A stretch of DNA of 64,000 nt from the human T2T-CHM13v2.0 reference genome, Homo sapiens. The stretch's first letter is position 1; every line of letters starts with the position of its first letter. The DNA is taken from the NCBI RefSeq assembly GCF_009914755.1, contig NC_060935.1. One strand, written 5' to 3'. The notes beneath the pieces are model-generated. The model was not told the DNA's origin. It saw nothing but the letters and a program-made list of their open reading frames with translations, and ran no database searches. This document shows positions 46,270 to 64,000 of the stretch, piece after piece. A program made the position numbers and the translations under genes.

Positions 46270-47683
46270 GTTTGTAACCTTCACGGTGCCCTCACACAGC
46301 CCCTAGCACACAGCAGACGCAGAGCAGACTAAGAATGCCTTCCATTCTTATGAGGCTTTATCACTTGACAGTTTTCCCAAAGCGTTTGGAGCCTCATAGC
46401 CCGGACAGCAACTAGGACAGATGGAGGAGGAAACAGGTCAGAGGTTCAGAGACTTGGCCTAGGTTATACAACTCTGTGCAGGAGCTGGGACTAAGCTCGG
46501 TCTTGCTTCTCTTAGTGCCTCTCTCACCAAATTCTGAGTCTAGTGAATGCTTTCTGAGGACCTCACATACTCTTGCATCCTTCTCAATACCAGCGCAATG
46601 CTCTTCCGCTGTAGGTACTTCATATGTGCTAAGTGTGTTATTGATGTCTTTTACCCTCATATCCCAATTCATAGATTGGTTTCAACTTCTTGCTCTGGAT
46701 ACTACAACATTCTTCTAAAGAAAACACTTGGTTTCTTTTATGAATTTGTCACATTTGTACAGTGCCATGTTGTTGCCTCACTCCCTTCCTTATCCCATAA
46801 TTTTCTGCTGGGCAAGAGAGAGAGTTGAGGAAGTGATTAAGAGATGGGAAAAAGTGCCCTATCTAAGCCAAAAAAAAAAAAAAAAAAAGGAAAAGAAAGA
46901 TTCCTGTGATGACAGAGGGGAAAAATAATGACTGGGTATTTATCAGTCTATGTGATAATTGCTCATGGATTGCCTTACAGCCACCTCCAGAAGATCCTCT
47001 TTAGACTCACTACTGCTATTTGAAGGTAGAAAGAAGCCTTTTTGTTCTCTACCATTATTATTGCATATTTTTCCCTTATCCTCATAATAATATTTTCATA
47101 GTTATTTTTCTTTTCTTTGTTGATAATTCTAAAACTGAAGGACAGTAAGAGTGGGAAAAAAATGTAGTTCTGGTTACTAGAGAAGTTAGTGTAATATACT
47201 GCAGTTCAAACTATTTGATATTAGCAACTCTGGATCAGAAGACGGACTAATTTTAAAGCTAAGACTCCAATATCTTTGGGTACTGCAGTAGAAAAATGTG
47301 CCATGACTAAAGGATTGGTGAAGAAAATACATGCTAATGTAATGTACATCATCAGTCGTCCAAGTGAAACTTGAAAATGTCACTCATCTAGATATTTTTA
47401 AATACCTTGATTTTAATATATGATTTTAACATATTTCCAAACCGGGCAAATTTTACATTTTAACACTAACAATTTTGGTCCCTATCATATATACATAATC
47501 AATATGAAAAGCGGTCTCAATTTTTAAAATTAATGTTTTAGGTGGTACTATTACCACTGAATGGCTTTAAATTAATTCAGGATTTTTAAAAACATTTACT
47601 GGAGACCATTTCTAATTAAGTTAAACATGTGTTCTGTGCAATCTCATTTGCAGTAGCCACAAAACGAATAAACTACCTGGGAA

Positions 47684-49865
47684 CCCCCTGCCCAGTGCCA
47701 TACCCCCAGTGCCTGTCCCCAGATCGAGGCTTGGGCCCCTTCAGCCATGTCTATCACAAGCACCACCAGCATGTCTGACAAACTGCCCTACAAAGTCACT
47801 GACATTGGCCTGGACTTCTGGGGATGCAAAGCCCTGGATATTGTGGAGAACCAGATGCCGGGCCTGACGTGCATGTGGGAGCTGTACTCAACCCTCCAAG
47901 CCCTCGAAGGGCACGCGCATCACCAGTTGCCTCCATAGGACCCATGGAGATGGCCATCCTCATTGAGACCCTCATTACCCTGGGTGCCAAGCTGCAGTGG
48001 TCCAGCTGCAACATCACCCAGGACCATGAGGCAGCTGCCATTGCCAAGGCTGGCATTCCAGTTGTACGCCTGGAAGGGCGAAACAGAGGAGGAGTACCTG
48101 TGGTGCACCAAGCAGACATTATACTTCAAAGACGGCCTCCTCAACGTGATTCTGGATGTCGCTTGGGCCCCCACCAACCTCATCCACACCAAGTACCCAC
48201 AGCTCTTGTCGGGGATGTGAGGCATCTTCAAGGAGACCATGATTGGGGTCCACAAGCTACACAAGATGATGGCCAATGGGATCCTGAAAGTGCCTGCCAT
48301 CAATGTCAACAACTCCGTCACCAAGAGCAAGTTTGACAACCTCTCCGGCTGCCAGGAGTCCCTCATAGATAGCATCAAGTGGGCCACAGACGTGATGATT
48401 GCCAGCAAGGTAGCAGTGGTAGCAGGCTGTGGCGACATGGGCAAAGGCTGTGCCCAGGCCCTGTGGGGTTTCAGGCCCATGTCATCATCATCAAGATCGA
48501 CCCCATCAACATACTGCAGGCTGCCATGAAGGGCTATGAGGTGGCCACCATAGACGAGGCCTGTCAGGAGGACAACATCTTTGTCACCACCACAGGCTGT
48601 GTTAACATCATCCTTGGCTGGCACTTTAAGCAGATGAAGGATGATGCCATCATTTGTAACACTGGACACTTTGACATGGAGATTGATGTCAAGTGGCTCA
48701 ACAAGAATACTGTGGAGAGAGTCAACATCAAGCCCCAGGTGGACTGGTATCAGCTGAAGAATGCACACCACATCATCCTGCTAGCTGAGGGTCAGCTGGT
48801 CAACCTGGGTTGTGCCATGGGCCACCTCAGCTTCTTGATAAGTAACTCCTTCACCAACCAAGTGATGGCGCAGACTGAGCTGCAGACCCACCCAGACAAG
48901 TACCAGGTTATGGTTCTCTTCCTGCCCAAGAAGCTGAATGAGGCAATGGCTGAAGCCCACCTGGGCAAGCTGAATGTGAAATTGACCAAGCTGACTGAGC
49001 TGCAAGCCCATTACCTGTACTTGTCCCGTGATGGCCCCTTCAAGCCAGATCACTACCACTACTGAAAGCCAGACCTGCCCTTCGCCTTCCAACTGCTGTC
49101 CTTGTCCAGGCCCTGCCTCTCCTCCCTAAGAGCAAATGGCACCCACTTTGTGATTGGTTTGTCAGTGTCCCCTATTGACTCCCTGGGGCTGGTCACTCAG
49201 TTTTTGGCCTCTGCTGCATCCCTCATACTGTTCCAAGTGTGGCAGGGGGAATTGAGAGGCCCCTCCTCAAGCCTTGGTCATGATAGGGGTACAAGGGAGA
49301 CAGCCACAGGGAACTATGAATTCAATGATCTTGGAACTTCTCACTAAGTCAGTCCTTCCTTAGCCTGGAAGTTGGTAATGGAGTCACAAAGCCCATATAC
49401 TTTACCATCTAGGCATTCACCCGGTCTGTGGACTTATACCTGTGTGCTTGGTTCACAGGTTCAGTGGTACCTCAGCCCATGACAGAAAAGCAGCAGCTAT
49501 ATTGAAGGGCAAAGAGGAACTGTTGTTTGAATTTTCCTGAGAGCCTGACTTAGTGCTGGGCCTTCTCTTCCACCTCATAACAATGAGGTTGGTACTTTTA
49601 GTCTCTGTTTTATAGGAGTTAGAATAGACTGTTAAGGGACAACTGAGAAAGGACAGAGAATTGATAGCCAGAGGTTGAGAGGGGCCATAAAAACATAAAA
49701 GCAAGCATAGATCTGCTACCACTTTGTAACAAGATAATTCCTATCACAACCCTGGGTCAAAAAGAGAATAATCTGGTCCATAATGTTTATGTTAAAAAAA
49801 AATAAAAAGCAGGAAGGTGGGTAAATAAAAATCTTGGTGCCTTAAAAAAAAAAAAAAAAAAAAAA
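47684..49865 (+). pseudogene. Processed pseudogene of AHCY (S-adenosylhomocysteine hydrolase)
   Basis: Intronless; 5' UTR, ATG 47771 (MSDKLPYKV), [49 protein letters not shown] 49063-49065; 3' UTR, AATAAA 49824-49829, poly(A) 49844-49865; several frameshifts and in-frame TGA 48218-48220. Confidence 0.97.
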
Positions 49866-51660
<1,795 letters not shown>

Positions 51661-52386
51661 TACAAGCCATAAATTGTGGGGAAAAAAAAAAGTACAAATT
51701 GTGGGGCCACAAGGCGAGGTTATTTATCACTAGTTAGGACAATAAGAAGAGGCTTCTCAAGATGAATTTAAATATTAAAGGATACAACATCTCTTTTTGA
51801 ATTCCCAAGATGAGGGTTTATAGAAGTAGTTAGGTGTCACTGGCATTAAAGGAATTGTATTTTGTTGAAGATGAGTACCATGAATGGTTTTGAATATGTA
51901 TTTCAGCTTTGCAATTAACATTATAGTGAGGTATGTGCCTTCTAAGTTAGATTGCTCTTTAATAAGGCTTTTGGAAGTACTGCATTACTACTACTACTAT
52001 TACTTTTATTAGCCTTACAGTTTATAGCTGAGAATCCAGTATAATTTGGGAACTGCAGTTCAAAACCATGCAGTTAATGGCTCAGTTTCTAGCTAGTTAA
52101 TGGCTGAGCCACAACTAGACTTCAAGACTCCTAGCACCCAAATAGAGATCTTTTATATCATGCACTCATGCCTTGATGGAATCTTATTCTGAACTTCTGT
52201 CATTGCTAATGCTGTTAAGTAAATATCTTTCATTTTAATCTACATTGTATGTAAAACATTAGCTATCAAACCTCAAACTCCATTTTATATGTCCAGAAAG
52301 GTATTAGGGCAGAACTGCCATCCCTCCCAGCCTCCACAGAATTAGGAAAGGAGTCATTGGGAGGCTTCTGGATATTCACGCCTTCA

Positions 52387-52706
<320 letters not shown>

Positions 52707-55700
52707 GAGAGTCATTTATTTTAAGCTTTCTAGATACTGAGCCAGGATGCTGAGATAGTGCAGGAAGGGATACACTGTGTGTTCTATAGGTAACTTTGCA
52801 GAGCCAAAGCAGTATGGGATAACTACATATGAAAAAAATGATTGTGATATGTCCATTTTTAGTAAATAAACTTCTGGCTTTTCACTGAGAGGCGTTTGGG
52901 AAATATTTATTGCAAGATTTTATGACAGAAAATGATGGAGTAGATTCTGGAAAGGTTGGCTGGAGTCCTGAGTCTTTCAAACCCAGGATGCTCACCTGTC
53001 CTTACATCACGGTGTATGTTTTAGAGACCTCAGACACAGTCGGGAGAGGAAAACACACATGGCCACAAAAGGGAGGTCACATGCTGGATGAAGATCTCCC
53101 TAGCATTATCTGCATGATTTTGCAATGAATTTTAAAGCTGCTCATTTTTTTAAAGTTCTGCTGCAGTGTGCTTCTGTCTTCCTATCTGTCTGAGAAGGGT
53201 CTTGCCTCATCTATACTTTATAATTGGGGGCCAGGTAAAGCACCATGCACAGAGCAGGCATTGAATAGATGTTTGTAGTTACTGACAGATTCGACGTCTA
53301 TTTGTCAGATATTCTAAGTGTAACCTTCCTGGAAGATAATTGCTTTTACTTTGTGAATATTTTTCTAGGATTCTCACCCTTTACTGAGAGAAATCTTCTG
53401 GGTGGTCAGGAACTGTGAATCCTTGTAAATGTTTATGAAAGTCCCCATGATTTATAGCACATTATCAAATGCAAAAATAGATGTTGAGGTACTATCATTA
53501 GCCCATTGGAAAAATGCAGCTATTAAGCAGACAGTCCAATTGGCTTACTAATTTTCTTAAAGTGTGTGAAACAATGAATCTTAATAGAGTTTATGTATAA
53601 AGCATTTGTGCTTTAATGGGTCCACATTTTCACTCATATTTTATTAAAATCCTTTGCCATAAGCTGCAGTTAGGTAAGTAATTATACATTAGTCAGAGAG
53701 TTAAAAACATAAAAGCCAGGTAACTAAGGTAATTGAGCAGGATGAGGTCATTTTTCCTCCAGCACCAGATGGGTACCACAGGTAAAAACCGTAACACTTG
53801 ATCTCTTCCATATGACTTAGAAAGAGATTAATGTTGGCATTGGTTTTAACTTTTAAATATTTTATAGTAAAAATTATTACTAAATGGTAAGTTATTGTTT
53901 TAAAATGAAACATTTGTTAGTATGCTTTTTGTGCAACAGCCAAGTTTAAAATTCTAATTCTAAAATGGAAAATAATATAAAAATTCAACTCTGCATCTGA
54001 AACAAAGAGTAATCTTCTCTTAGCTGATAATTTTCTGTGAACTGTGGTGGTATCATGATGACACCTTTTGGTGGGAGCCTATTAAATTATTCTCAATACT
54101 TTCATATTTGAGAAGACACTACTTAATGTACTAATGTATTAGATCTTTTTGTTGTGTCATCTGTGTGCTTTTCAGTTGGAAAGTATTGTGGTATATTTGC
54201 ATTCATGTATATGCTCAAATTAGTTAGCATACAGAGTAGTGCAAACTTGGTTAGAAAAGTCACAGACATAAAGACAGCCTGACTGGAAGTCTGAGTGTGC
54301 AGGCAGCATGTCTACAGAGAAAAAGCGTGTTTTCATATTAACAAGTTTCTCCACTTTGGAGCTGAATGGTCTACAAAGATCTATGTGGATTGCCAATTCA
54401 GTGATCCAAATCAATGAAGGTTGACAACAGCAAACCTTATGGATTAGTCTTTCCACGCATCATCGTACTTGCAGAAGGCAGCCATTCTATGCTTTAGTTA
54501 CCCAGAATTTGAAGAAGCTTGACCTGGAGCAACAACTGAAGGGAAAGAGGAAGGGGCACTATACAGAGATAGAGCTAGAGATATATGCCCTTTTTCTATA
54601 TCTCAGACACTATGCTAGGTGCTTTAAATATTAGCTTATTTAATCCTTACAATAGCTCTTAGAGTAGAATTGTTATCCTTCTCCCTTGACAGATGATGCA
54701 ACTGAAGTTCCTCAAAAAGATTAAGTAACCTATTCAGGGTCACAGAGATAACAGTGATGGATCTAGGATTAAAGCCCATGTCTGCCTGATTCGTTCATGC
54801 ATCCACTCATGTGTTTATCTGACAAGCATTTATTGTGTGTCTATTGTGCTTAGTGAGGAAATACAGTGGTGCACAAGAATTACATTATCCTCACCCTCAT
54901 GAGAGTTTCCAGCCACTTAAATAATTACAAAGGTTATATTTTATGCTTTCTACCACACTTAACTACTGATACATTTATTTAAGGCTAGGTACTTATTCTT
55001 TTAAGATTAGTGGAAATTAAAAGATAAAAATGTGTTAAGGAAGACTATAATCTGAAAAGTCTACTTTAGTACCCAAACCAAACCTATGAAAGTACTCCTG
55101 CTTACTATAAACATCTGTGAACAGTGGGTCTTGATTTTCCCTTTTAAAAGGTGTTTTTGATTTTTTTATTATTAGGTATGAAACCAGTTAATAGCTGATG
55201 AGCAGTTATTAGTACATTATTATTATTCGCATGTGTAAATCTCAACCATTTTAAAAGTACTTCAATGTGTGCTTTTATTTGCTGTTTGTAACAACCCTGC
55301 CCAAACCTAATTTTTTTGGATCCTGATTCTAATTCTTAAGTCTTTTGGATCCTAGCTTCTTCGTGCTCATAGAAAATTGTAGTTTTGTTTTCATTTTCTT
55401 TGAAAAATTAATAGACATTTAATTAATGTCTCTCTGCCAAACACTGTGGAGAAATAAAATTATTGAAAAGCTCAGTTCTTTGCTCTTAAAAGACCTAGAT
55501 ACGGGCAACAGATATAGATGAATAACATAAGAGAGGGAGTCTCTTAGAAAGTTTTGGGTGGAGGGAATGCTATACATGGGCTAAACATGGAATTCACCAG
55601 AATCAAGAATCCAATCATTTCATGATGTTCCACCATTGTGGTGAATGTTAGATCTGGGGACATGGAAGCAATCAGGATAGAAAGCCAGTATTAAGTCCCA

Positions 55701-55796
55701 GAGGTACCTTATCTAGAGTAAACAAAAGTAGGGAGGCAAAGATGGAATTTTTCACTTTCGTATGTCTCCTTTCTAAACAGGTATATTTCTTCATAG

Positions 55797-55904
<108 letters not shown>

Positions 55905-56265
55905 TAAGTTTTTATTCTGAAATCTGAAAGTTGCCATAGATAAAAGGCAGTCATTGTTAAGACTCATATAACTGCAAATGCAAACAATACATGCAGCAGC
56001 TGCCAAAAGAATAGAGGTGGGTTTGGAGGCCTAATTGCACTCTTGTGCTATGCACATATTTTTAAAGGTTTTTGAAACTTTGAATATAACATAGTCCAAG
56101 TAGTAGCTATGACTACTTAGACTATTTTATGAAATGAAATGAGAGCTGCTATGAAACAGCTTTCATTGATGTACTATTGGCTCCTTCAGTTGTTTATTGG
56201 TTACTCTCACCTATGTATACAACAGCTTGCTAGCTTACCTCTTAAAATACAACACAGAATGGTTA

Positions 56266-56644
<379 letters not shown>

Positions 56645-57088
56645 TTAGACATTCCAACTTACATTATTCCTAAATGGCTACATATCAAATCCAAATGATT
56701 TACAGAAAATTCTTTTTAATAATAATAAAATTTTATAATGTCTCACTCCTAGGAGCTGGAGACAAAACCATGGGTAACATTTATTCCATATTTATGTTTT
56801 ATTCCAACAAATAGCTCCTTGAGGGTCTGTGAACCTTAGCTTTTGGCACAAGGTAAGTGTTTTAACTTGTAATTCTTACAGAATTAATAGATAAGTGTTA
56901 GTCTTTTCTTGCATAAGGCTGAAATATACTTCATTCATGTACTTATTCAATAAATACTTGGGTGTTTACCAAGTGCAAGTCAAGTGCTGGGTACTGGAAT
57001 GTAGCAGCAAACAGGACCACATGGTCCCTGCCTTGATGAAGCATGGGAGACAGACAATAAACCACTAATTTGAGCTTTAAAAAAAATG

Positions 57089-57373
57089 ACAGGGTGGTAT
57101 GGTGGCTCATGCCTATAATCCCAGCCCTTTGAGAGGCCAAGGCAGGTGGATGAGCCCAGGAGTTTGAGATCAGCCTGAGTAACATGATGAAAACTCATCT
57201 TTACAAAATAAAAATTAGTCCCTGCTATTTAGGAGGTGGAGACGGGAGGATTGCCTGAGCCCAGGGAGGTCAAGGTTACAGTGAGCCATGATTGTGTCAC
57301 TGCACTCCAGCCTTGGTGACAGAGAGGGACCCTGTCTCAAAAAAACAAAACAAAAAAAAAAAACAGAAAAAAA
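57089..57373 (+). mobile_element. AluJ with internal deletion
   Basis: ggaggattgcctgagcccagggaggtcaaggttacagtgagccatg. Confidence 0.9.
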
Positions 57374-57744
57374 CATGGCTATAATAAAGGTACTATAAAA
57401 GAAAACTGTAGGGTGCTGTTTAACAGTGTAACTAAAGGACTTTAGTCAGAGGAGTTAGGAAAAACTTGTTTGAGAAAGCTTTGAGCTGATTTCTGGAAAA
57501 GGAACAGGCATTATGGAAACTCAGAGCAGTGAAGAGCATGACTTATGGAAGACAGGAGGGTAGGAAAGAGCTTATCACAGGCCAGAAACTGAGAAAAGGG
57601 AGGGTGAGGGAGGCAGGGCAAGAGCAGATGCTGGTGATTTAGGCAAGGGTCAGATCAAGAAGAACACTTGGGTTTTTATTAGAGGAGTATAAAGTTGAAG
57701 ATGGAGAGCCCATGATGCTAGTGACTAGGTCTTTGTTTAAGAGA

Positions 57745-58016
57745 GTTGTTGTTGTTTAAAGACAGAGTCTCACTCTGTCACCCAGGCTGGAGTGTAGTAG
57801 CCTGATTATAGCTCATTGCAGTATCAAACTCCTGGGCTCAAGTGTTCCTCCTGCCTCAGATTTCTGAGTAGCTGGGAAGACAGGCATACACCACCAGGCC
57901 CAGCTAATTTTTTAATTTTGGGTAGAGCTGGGTCTTAAACTCCTGGCCTCAAGCGATCCTCCTGCCTCAGCCTCCCAAAGTGCTGGGATTTCAGGCATGA
58001 GCCACCTCACCTGGCC
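57745..58016 (-). mobile_element. AluJ
   Basis: agacagagtctcactctgtcacccaggctgg...gagccacctcacctggcc. Confidence 0.9.
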
Positions 58017-59038
58017 AAGAAGGATTTTAGATTTTAAAATCTAAAAGAAGGATTTATTTTAAAAAATGTACCATAAAAGATGTATGTTGTCCTTAACAAC
58101 ATTCAGGGAAAATCTGTCTCCTTCTTTGGAGATCCCAATATATTCGTATGAACTTTTTAGGATTGAGTGAAGGGATCAGAACACCAAGAGAGAAGAGGCT
58201 TTCACCTGTTTCCTTTTATTTTCTACTTGAAATAACATTAACTAATAACTAGATACTATTCATACTCATTTCTCAACATAACTGAAAACTTTGTTCATCT
58301 CATCTTAGGAGAGGTGGACAAAAAGCCAAGCTCTGTGAATGTAACCTGGTCTCTAATTTGCTCCCATGGTGTAACTGGTGACATCCAGTTAACAGCTGTT
58401 TTTCTCTCTTTTGGGTGGACCAGAAACCAGTCTTTCTCCTCTTTAACAAAGGTTTACAAAAAGGCAAACGTTTAAAAATTCTCATGATCTAGTGCAAGTT
58501 ATAAACTGAACATCTCATACCCTTGTTCTTTTGTATTTGGTAAAACTAAATAAATAATCTCATGGACTGGAACAGCCAAGGCCTTGCTGTACCATGCTCT
58601 ACTGATGACAGTTTATGCATTCCATGTGTTCCTCGGTGACAGAACTGTTGTCACATGACACATAGCCAAGACATTTCCTCTCACCATCTGAGGAAGGATT
58701 GTCCAGGAGTTCCCTGGCGCCTCTTATATCTCTCTCAGCTCCTAACAAAGCAGTGAGCACATAGTAGATAGTTAATTCATGGTTTTTGAGCAACTGAACT
58801 TTTTTCAAATTTATCCCAAGAAAAGAAAGTCATGAACTTCTATGGTTGTTTGTGAAGAGCTGATACTACCAATGTTCAGTCTATAAAATTATCGTCTCTG
58901 AATAATGATGGTTTTTATTTTCTCCTTTATACTTGTCTTGCCCCCCGTTTTCTACAATAAGTATGGATATAGATATAGAAACGGGTGAGAATATGGTCGT
59001 GAGTGAAAAAATGGAGATTATGATATAGATTTTTTTGA

Positions 59039-59496
<458 letters not shown>

Positions 59497-60787
59497 CAGA
59501 TTTGTGTTTTTATATGAATAAGGCAGTTAGAATATTTGAGGTGAAGGAAAAAATATGGCAGGTCATGTGTGCTTCATTCTCCCTCAACAAACTGTGAGCT
59601 CCTTGAAGACTATTCTTTACTCATCTCTGTACCTCTAGTATCTAGCACAGCCTTATAGTATGAGCTCAGAGTTTCTTTGTTGAGTAAATGTTGTCGGATC
59701 TTGTCTGAAAGCAAAATCACACTCATGAAAACAAATACAATGTTATTTTTGCCTGTTGATACAGGAAACAAATTTTTTAACGTACTAACACTCAGTGATG
59801 AAATGCCCACCAATAAACAAGCTCTTTCTTACCCACTGGTGAGTATAAATTGTTCAAATATTCTGAAAACATTTGTAACAAAGCAATCCTGCCCTTTTAT
59901 CAGGTAATTTCATGGATATAGGAACTCTTTCCCGGAACATAAGGTCATGAACTTCTATGGTTGTTTGTGAAGAACTGATACTAAATCTATAAACCAATAC
60001 TAAATCTATAAAGTGATCATCTCTAAGTAACGGTAGTTTTTATTTTCTCCTTTATACTTGTTGTCTCCCAGTTTTCTACAATGAATATGGATAGAGATAT
60101 AAAAACATGTGGGTATGGTTATAGGTTTAAAGAAAAAAACACAAAAATATAGTTTTTTTGGAATTCAAATTTATTTGTTTTCCTTCCCAGAATTTTCAAT
60201 GAAATTGCATGGGTGGGGGGAACATTGACACATTACTAACATTTTAACAATATAGAGAGTGGGGGAAAGGTGACATATTGTCTTACTAACAATTTAATAT
60301 CACTGTGCTTTAGAATAGTGCCATAACCTTTTCAAACTGCTTTAATGTATATTGCTTTATTATCACCCCACTTGCTTCAGCACCTAGTGTGACATGTCAG
60401 ATTCTAGGGCACTGAGTAGATGGGGGAGATATTAAAAAGGAAAAAAGTGTATAAGGAACAATGATGCTTGAAGTCCCCATAATAGTGTTGAGTTCTGAAG
60501 TTAAGCTTCATCTGCTTCCTGGTAAAACACACCTTTTCATGAAGCCAGAGAAGGCTGAAGTGGCTTTCAAAGACAGGCTCAGCTAAATTAGACCCACAGC
60601 TACCATAAGCTCCACAAGCGGGCCAGTGAAGCTGCCAAAGCATTTAGGGCATCTCAGAATTCCCCACTGAGGCCTGCTGCTGCCACTCACATCATCCTGA
60701 ACTGCTCACTCCACAAATGGACAAGAGACAAAGCCTGAGGCCATTTGCTCCTAAATGCTCTGAGGGAGGGGTGGTGGGCTTAAGTGT

Positions 60788-60890
60788 GGGGATGCCAGTT
60801 GTAGCAAATAGAAATAAACGATGCCCAATTAAATATGAGTTTCAGATAAACAGCAAATAATTTGCTTAGTATAAATATGACCCATGCAAT
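60788..60890. mobile_element. MER53 fragment
   Basis: gggatgccagttgtagcaaatagaaata..gatgcccaattaaat.tgagtttcagataaaca. Confidence 0.7.
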
Positions 60891-61244
60891 GGGGCTGGGG
60901 CTGCACATGGTCTCCAGCCCAATCGTTGCATGCTCAGTCATCACCAAGGAAAGCTCTCAGCTGCAGCCAGGGAATTGGTCTATTAACGAGCCCATCTGTA
61001 GACTCAGTTTAACCAATGAAGACCACATCTTGAGATTCATTTGCCTGCTCTACCCATGTAAAGAAGTAGTATTAATAGATTTATAACTGCAGAAATTATG
61101 TCAGTAATTTGCACATTTGCATAGGTTCTTTTCAGATAATTTTCATTTATAATACTTTTTTTTTAATCTCCTGAAAAACGGGAGGTAGAAAAGGCACTCC
61201 TTCAAAATTTTTGCACAAATGTAAGCTTTAGGTAAGAAGTCAAA

Positions 61245-61348
61245 GATGAGCCAAGTGTCGTGGTGCACATCTGTAACCCCAGCTACTTGGGAGGCTGAGG
61301 CTGGAGGATTCCTTGAGCCCAGGAGTTCAAGCCCAGCCTGGGCAGCAC
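61245..61348 (+). mobile_element. Alu monomer (FLAM/FAM)
   Basis: ggtgcacatctgtaaccccagctacttgggaggctgagg...cccagcctgggcagca. Confidence 0.8.
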
Positions 61349-61496
61349 AGAGCCTTATTTTCTTATTATTTTGTGGAGGCTGCCCTATCTACTATAGTAG
61401 TCCCCTCCATTTATGGTCCTTCTTATATCCTGTTATTTTCCCCATGGTATTTATCATAATGTGTAAACAATATGTTTCAATATGTTTATGTGTTTA

Positions 61497-61877
<381 letters not shown>

Positions 61878-62607
61878 TCTCTATAATGCCTAAAACAATG
61901 CTGGGCACCTTTCAGCTCTTTAAATCTACATTGTATGTATGACTGTTTGAAAGGGAATATTGGTCCATTTAAATTGCAGAATTTTGTAACTGAAAAGGAA
62001 GCATAGAGTTCATCTCCATCAATCCTCTTATTTCTGGAGGTTAAATATCCTTAGAGAACTGGAAAACCAGCTCTAAAATTCAAGTTTCATAGTATCCAAA
62101 CGAGCTTTTTTTTGACCAGTAAAGGATTTTTTTTTAATGTTGCATTTTCTCATTATTGGGAAAGAAAGAGCCTAGTTTTTCTCTCTAATGAGTATACAAT
62201 GTCACAAATATAATTGATGTTTGGGGGAAAGGGCTAAGGATATAAGGTTTAATTCAACTGAAATTTACTAAGCATTTATTTTATGCTAGAAACATTCACA
62301 TATGATTTCTTATTTTAATCCTTACGATAATATGCAGAGCTAGGTATTTTTATCCCATTTGACTGCTTGGACATTTAGGCCCAGGGAATTGACTTGCCTG
62401 AGATCATGTAGACAAGAAGTGATAAGGGCAAGACTTAAAACCAGAGTTTCTCATTCTTTAACTACTCTTCACTCTACTACAGAGGTACTATATTTCTGTT
62501 TTTGTTTTATTTTGTTTTTAATTGAGCCAAAGGGTTTAGGTAACACACTTCTGTTGCCTTATTTTGGTCTCAGATTTAAAGTTATAAGATTTATTAGGTT
62601 ATAGTGA

Positions 62608-63306
<699 letters not shown>

Positions 63307-63869
63307 CTATCAAATAGCCTATAAGAAAGTCTTTCTGCACTTTTCTATCTCTCTTTCATACCTTACAGACACTCAACAAATACTTGTTGAGTGTTAAAGA
63401 AATGTATTTGTGCCAGGAAAGAAGTTTTTATTATTTGTAGAAGAGATGGCACACTAATGAACTTGAACCAATAGGCATGCCTAGTTTACCTTAGTATTTC
63501 AAGAAGGTGTGCTTGCCCTTATAAAGTCTTAGATTTGTTCGTCGTTTTTGTCTAAATGTTTTTAGAATTCTAGAAAGCATGTTTTCTGTATGCCCACTCC
63601 TAGTTTTCCTTTAGGCTAAATTATTTATAAACAATTAGAAAGTATAAAATTATGACTATAAAACATGAACAGGGATTTTTTTTTCAAAAAAAAACAAACA
63701 ACTTTGAAGTTTTCTCTCCAATATATATTTTAGTGAGTAAAATAGATTCAGAAACACAAAACCGTTTAGGAAAGGTTTTTATCCCTAAATGTGTTTTCAT
63801 AATACATTTAATAATTCACTTCAAATACCTTTTAAATTTTTTCTCATTTCCTAAGATAAATGATTCTAA

Positions 63870-63998
<129 letters not shown>

Positions 63999-64000
63999 AC

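Noticed and set aside
47920-48771. 283-aa minus-strand ORF
   Set aside because: Antisense shadow frame of the GC3-rich AHCY coding sequence
47771-49065. Functional full-length AHCY retrogene
   Set aside because: Multiple frameshifts and an in-frame TGA at 48218-48220
53282-53308. Imperfect palindrome around gacgtc
   Set aside because: Short, mismatched and without supporting context

Overview
Human genomic DNA (an AluYa5, an SVA and an L1PA2-like element are present), mostly intergenic/intronic and repeat-rich. Two CpG-island promoters face away from each other. The one at about 1.6-2.3 kb drives a minus-strand gene leaving the window; SYTL2 is inferred from my recall of gene order, since no coding sequence is present. 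The one at about 45.3-46.2 kb drives the plus-strand gene CCDC83: non-coding exon 1 ends at 46269, and coding exons 55781-55903 and 63896-63980 splice in frame to [64 protein letters not shown]83 intron 1 holds a full-length sense AHCY processed pseudogene inserted into an L1. The most notable structure is an SVA just upstream of the CCDC83 promoter. Its target-site duplication closes about 600 bp beyond the SVA tail, indicating a 3' transduction, possibly two serial ones, that carries a perfect CRE palindrome. Also present are a twin-primed inverted L1PA2-like insertion, a consensus-like 5'-truncated AluYa5, a cluster of short locally templated insertions and an inversion at 22.9-30.2 kb, and nested inverted Alus. 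Nearly all ORFs in the supplied track are repeat-derived or GC-content artefacts. Repeat family names come from recalled consensus sequences, not a search, and boundaries of old elements are approximate.
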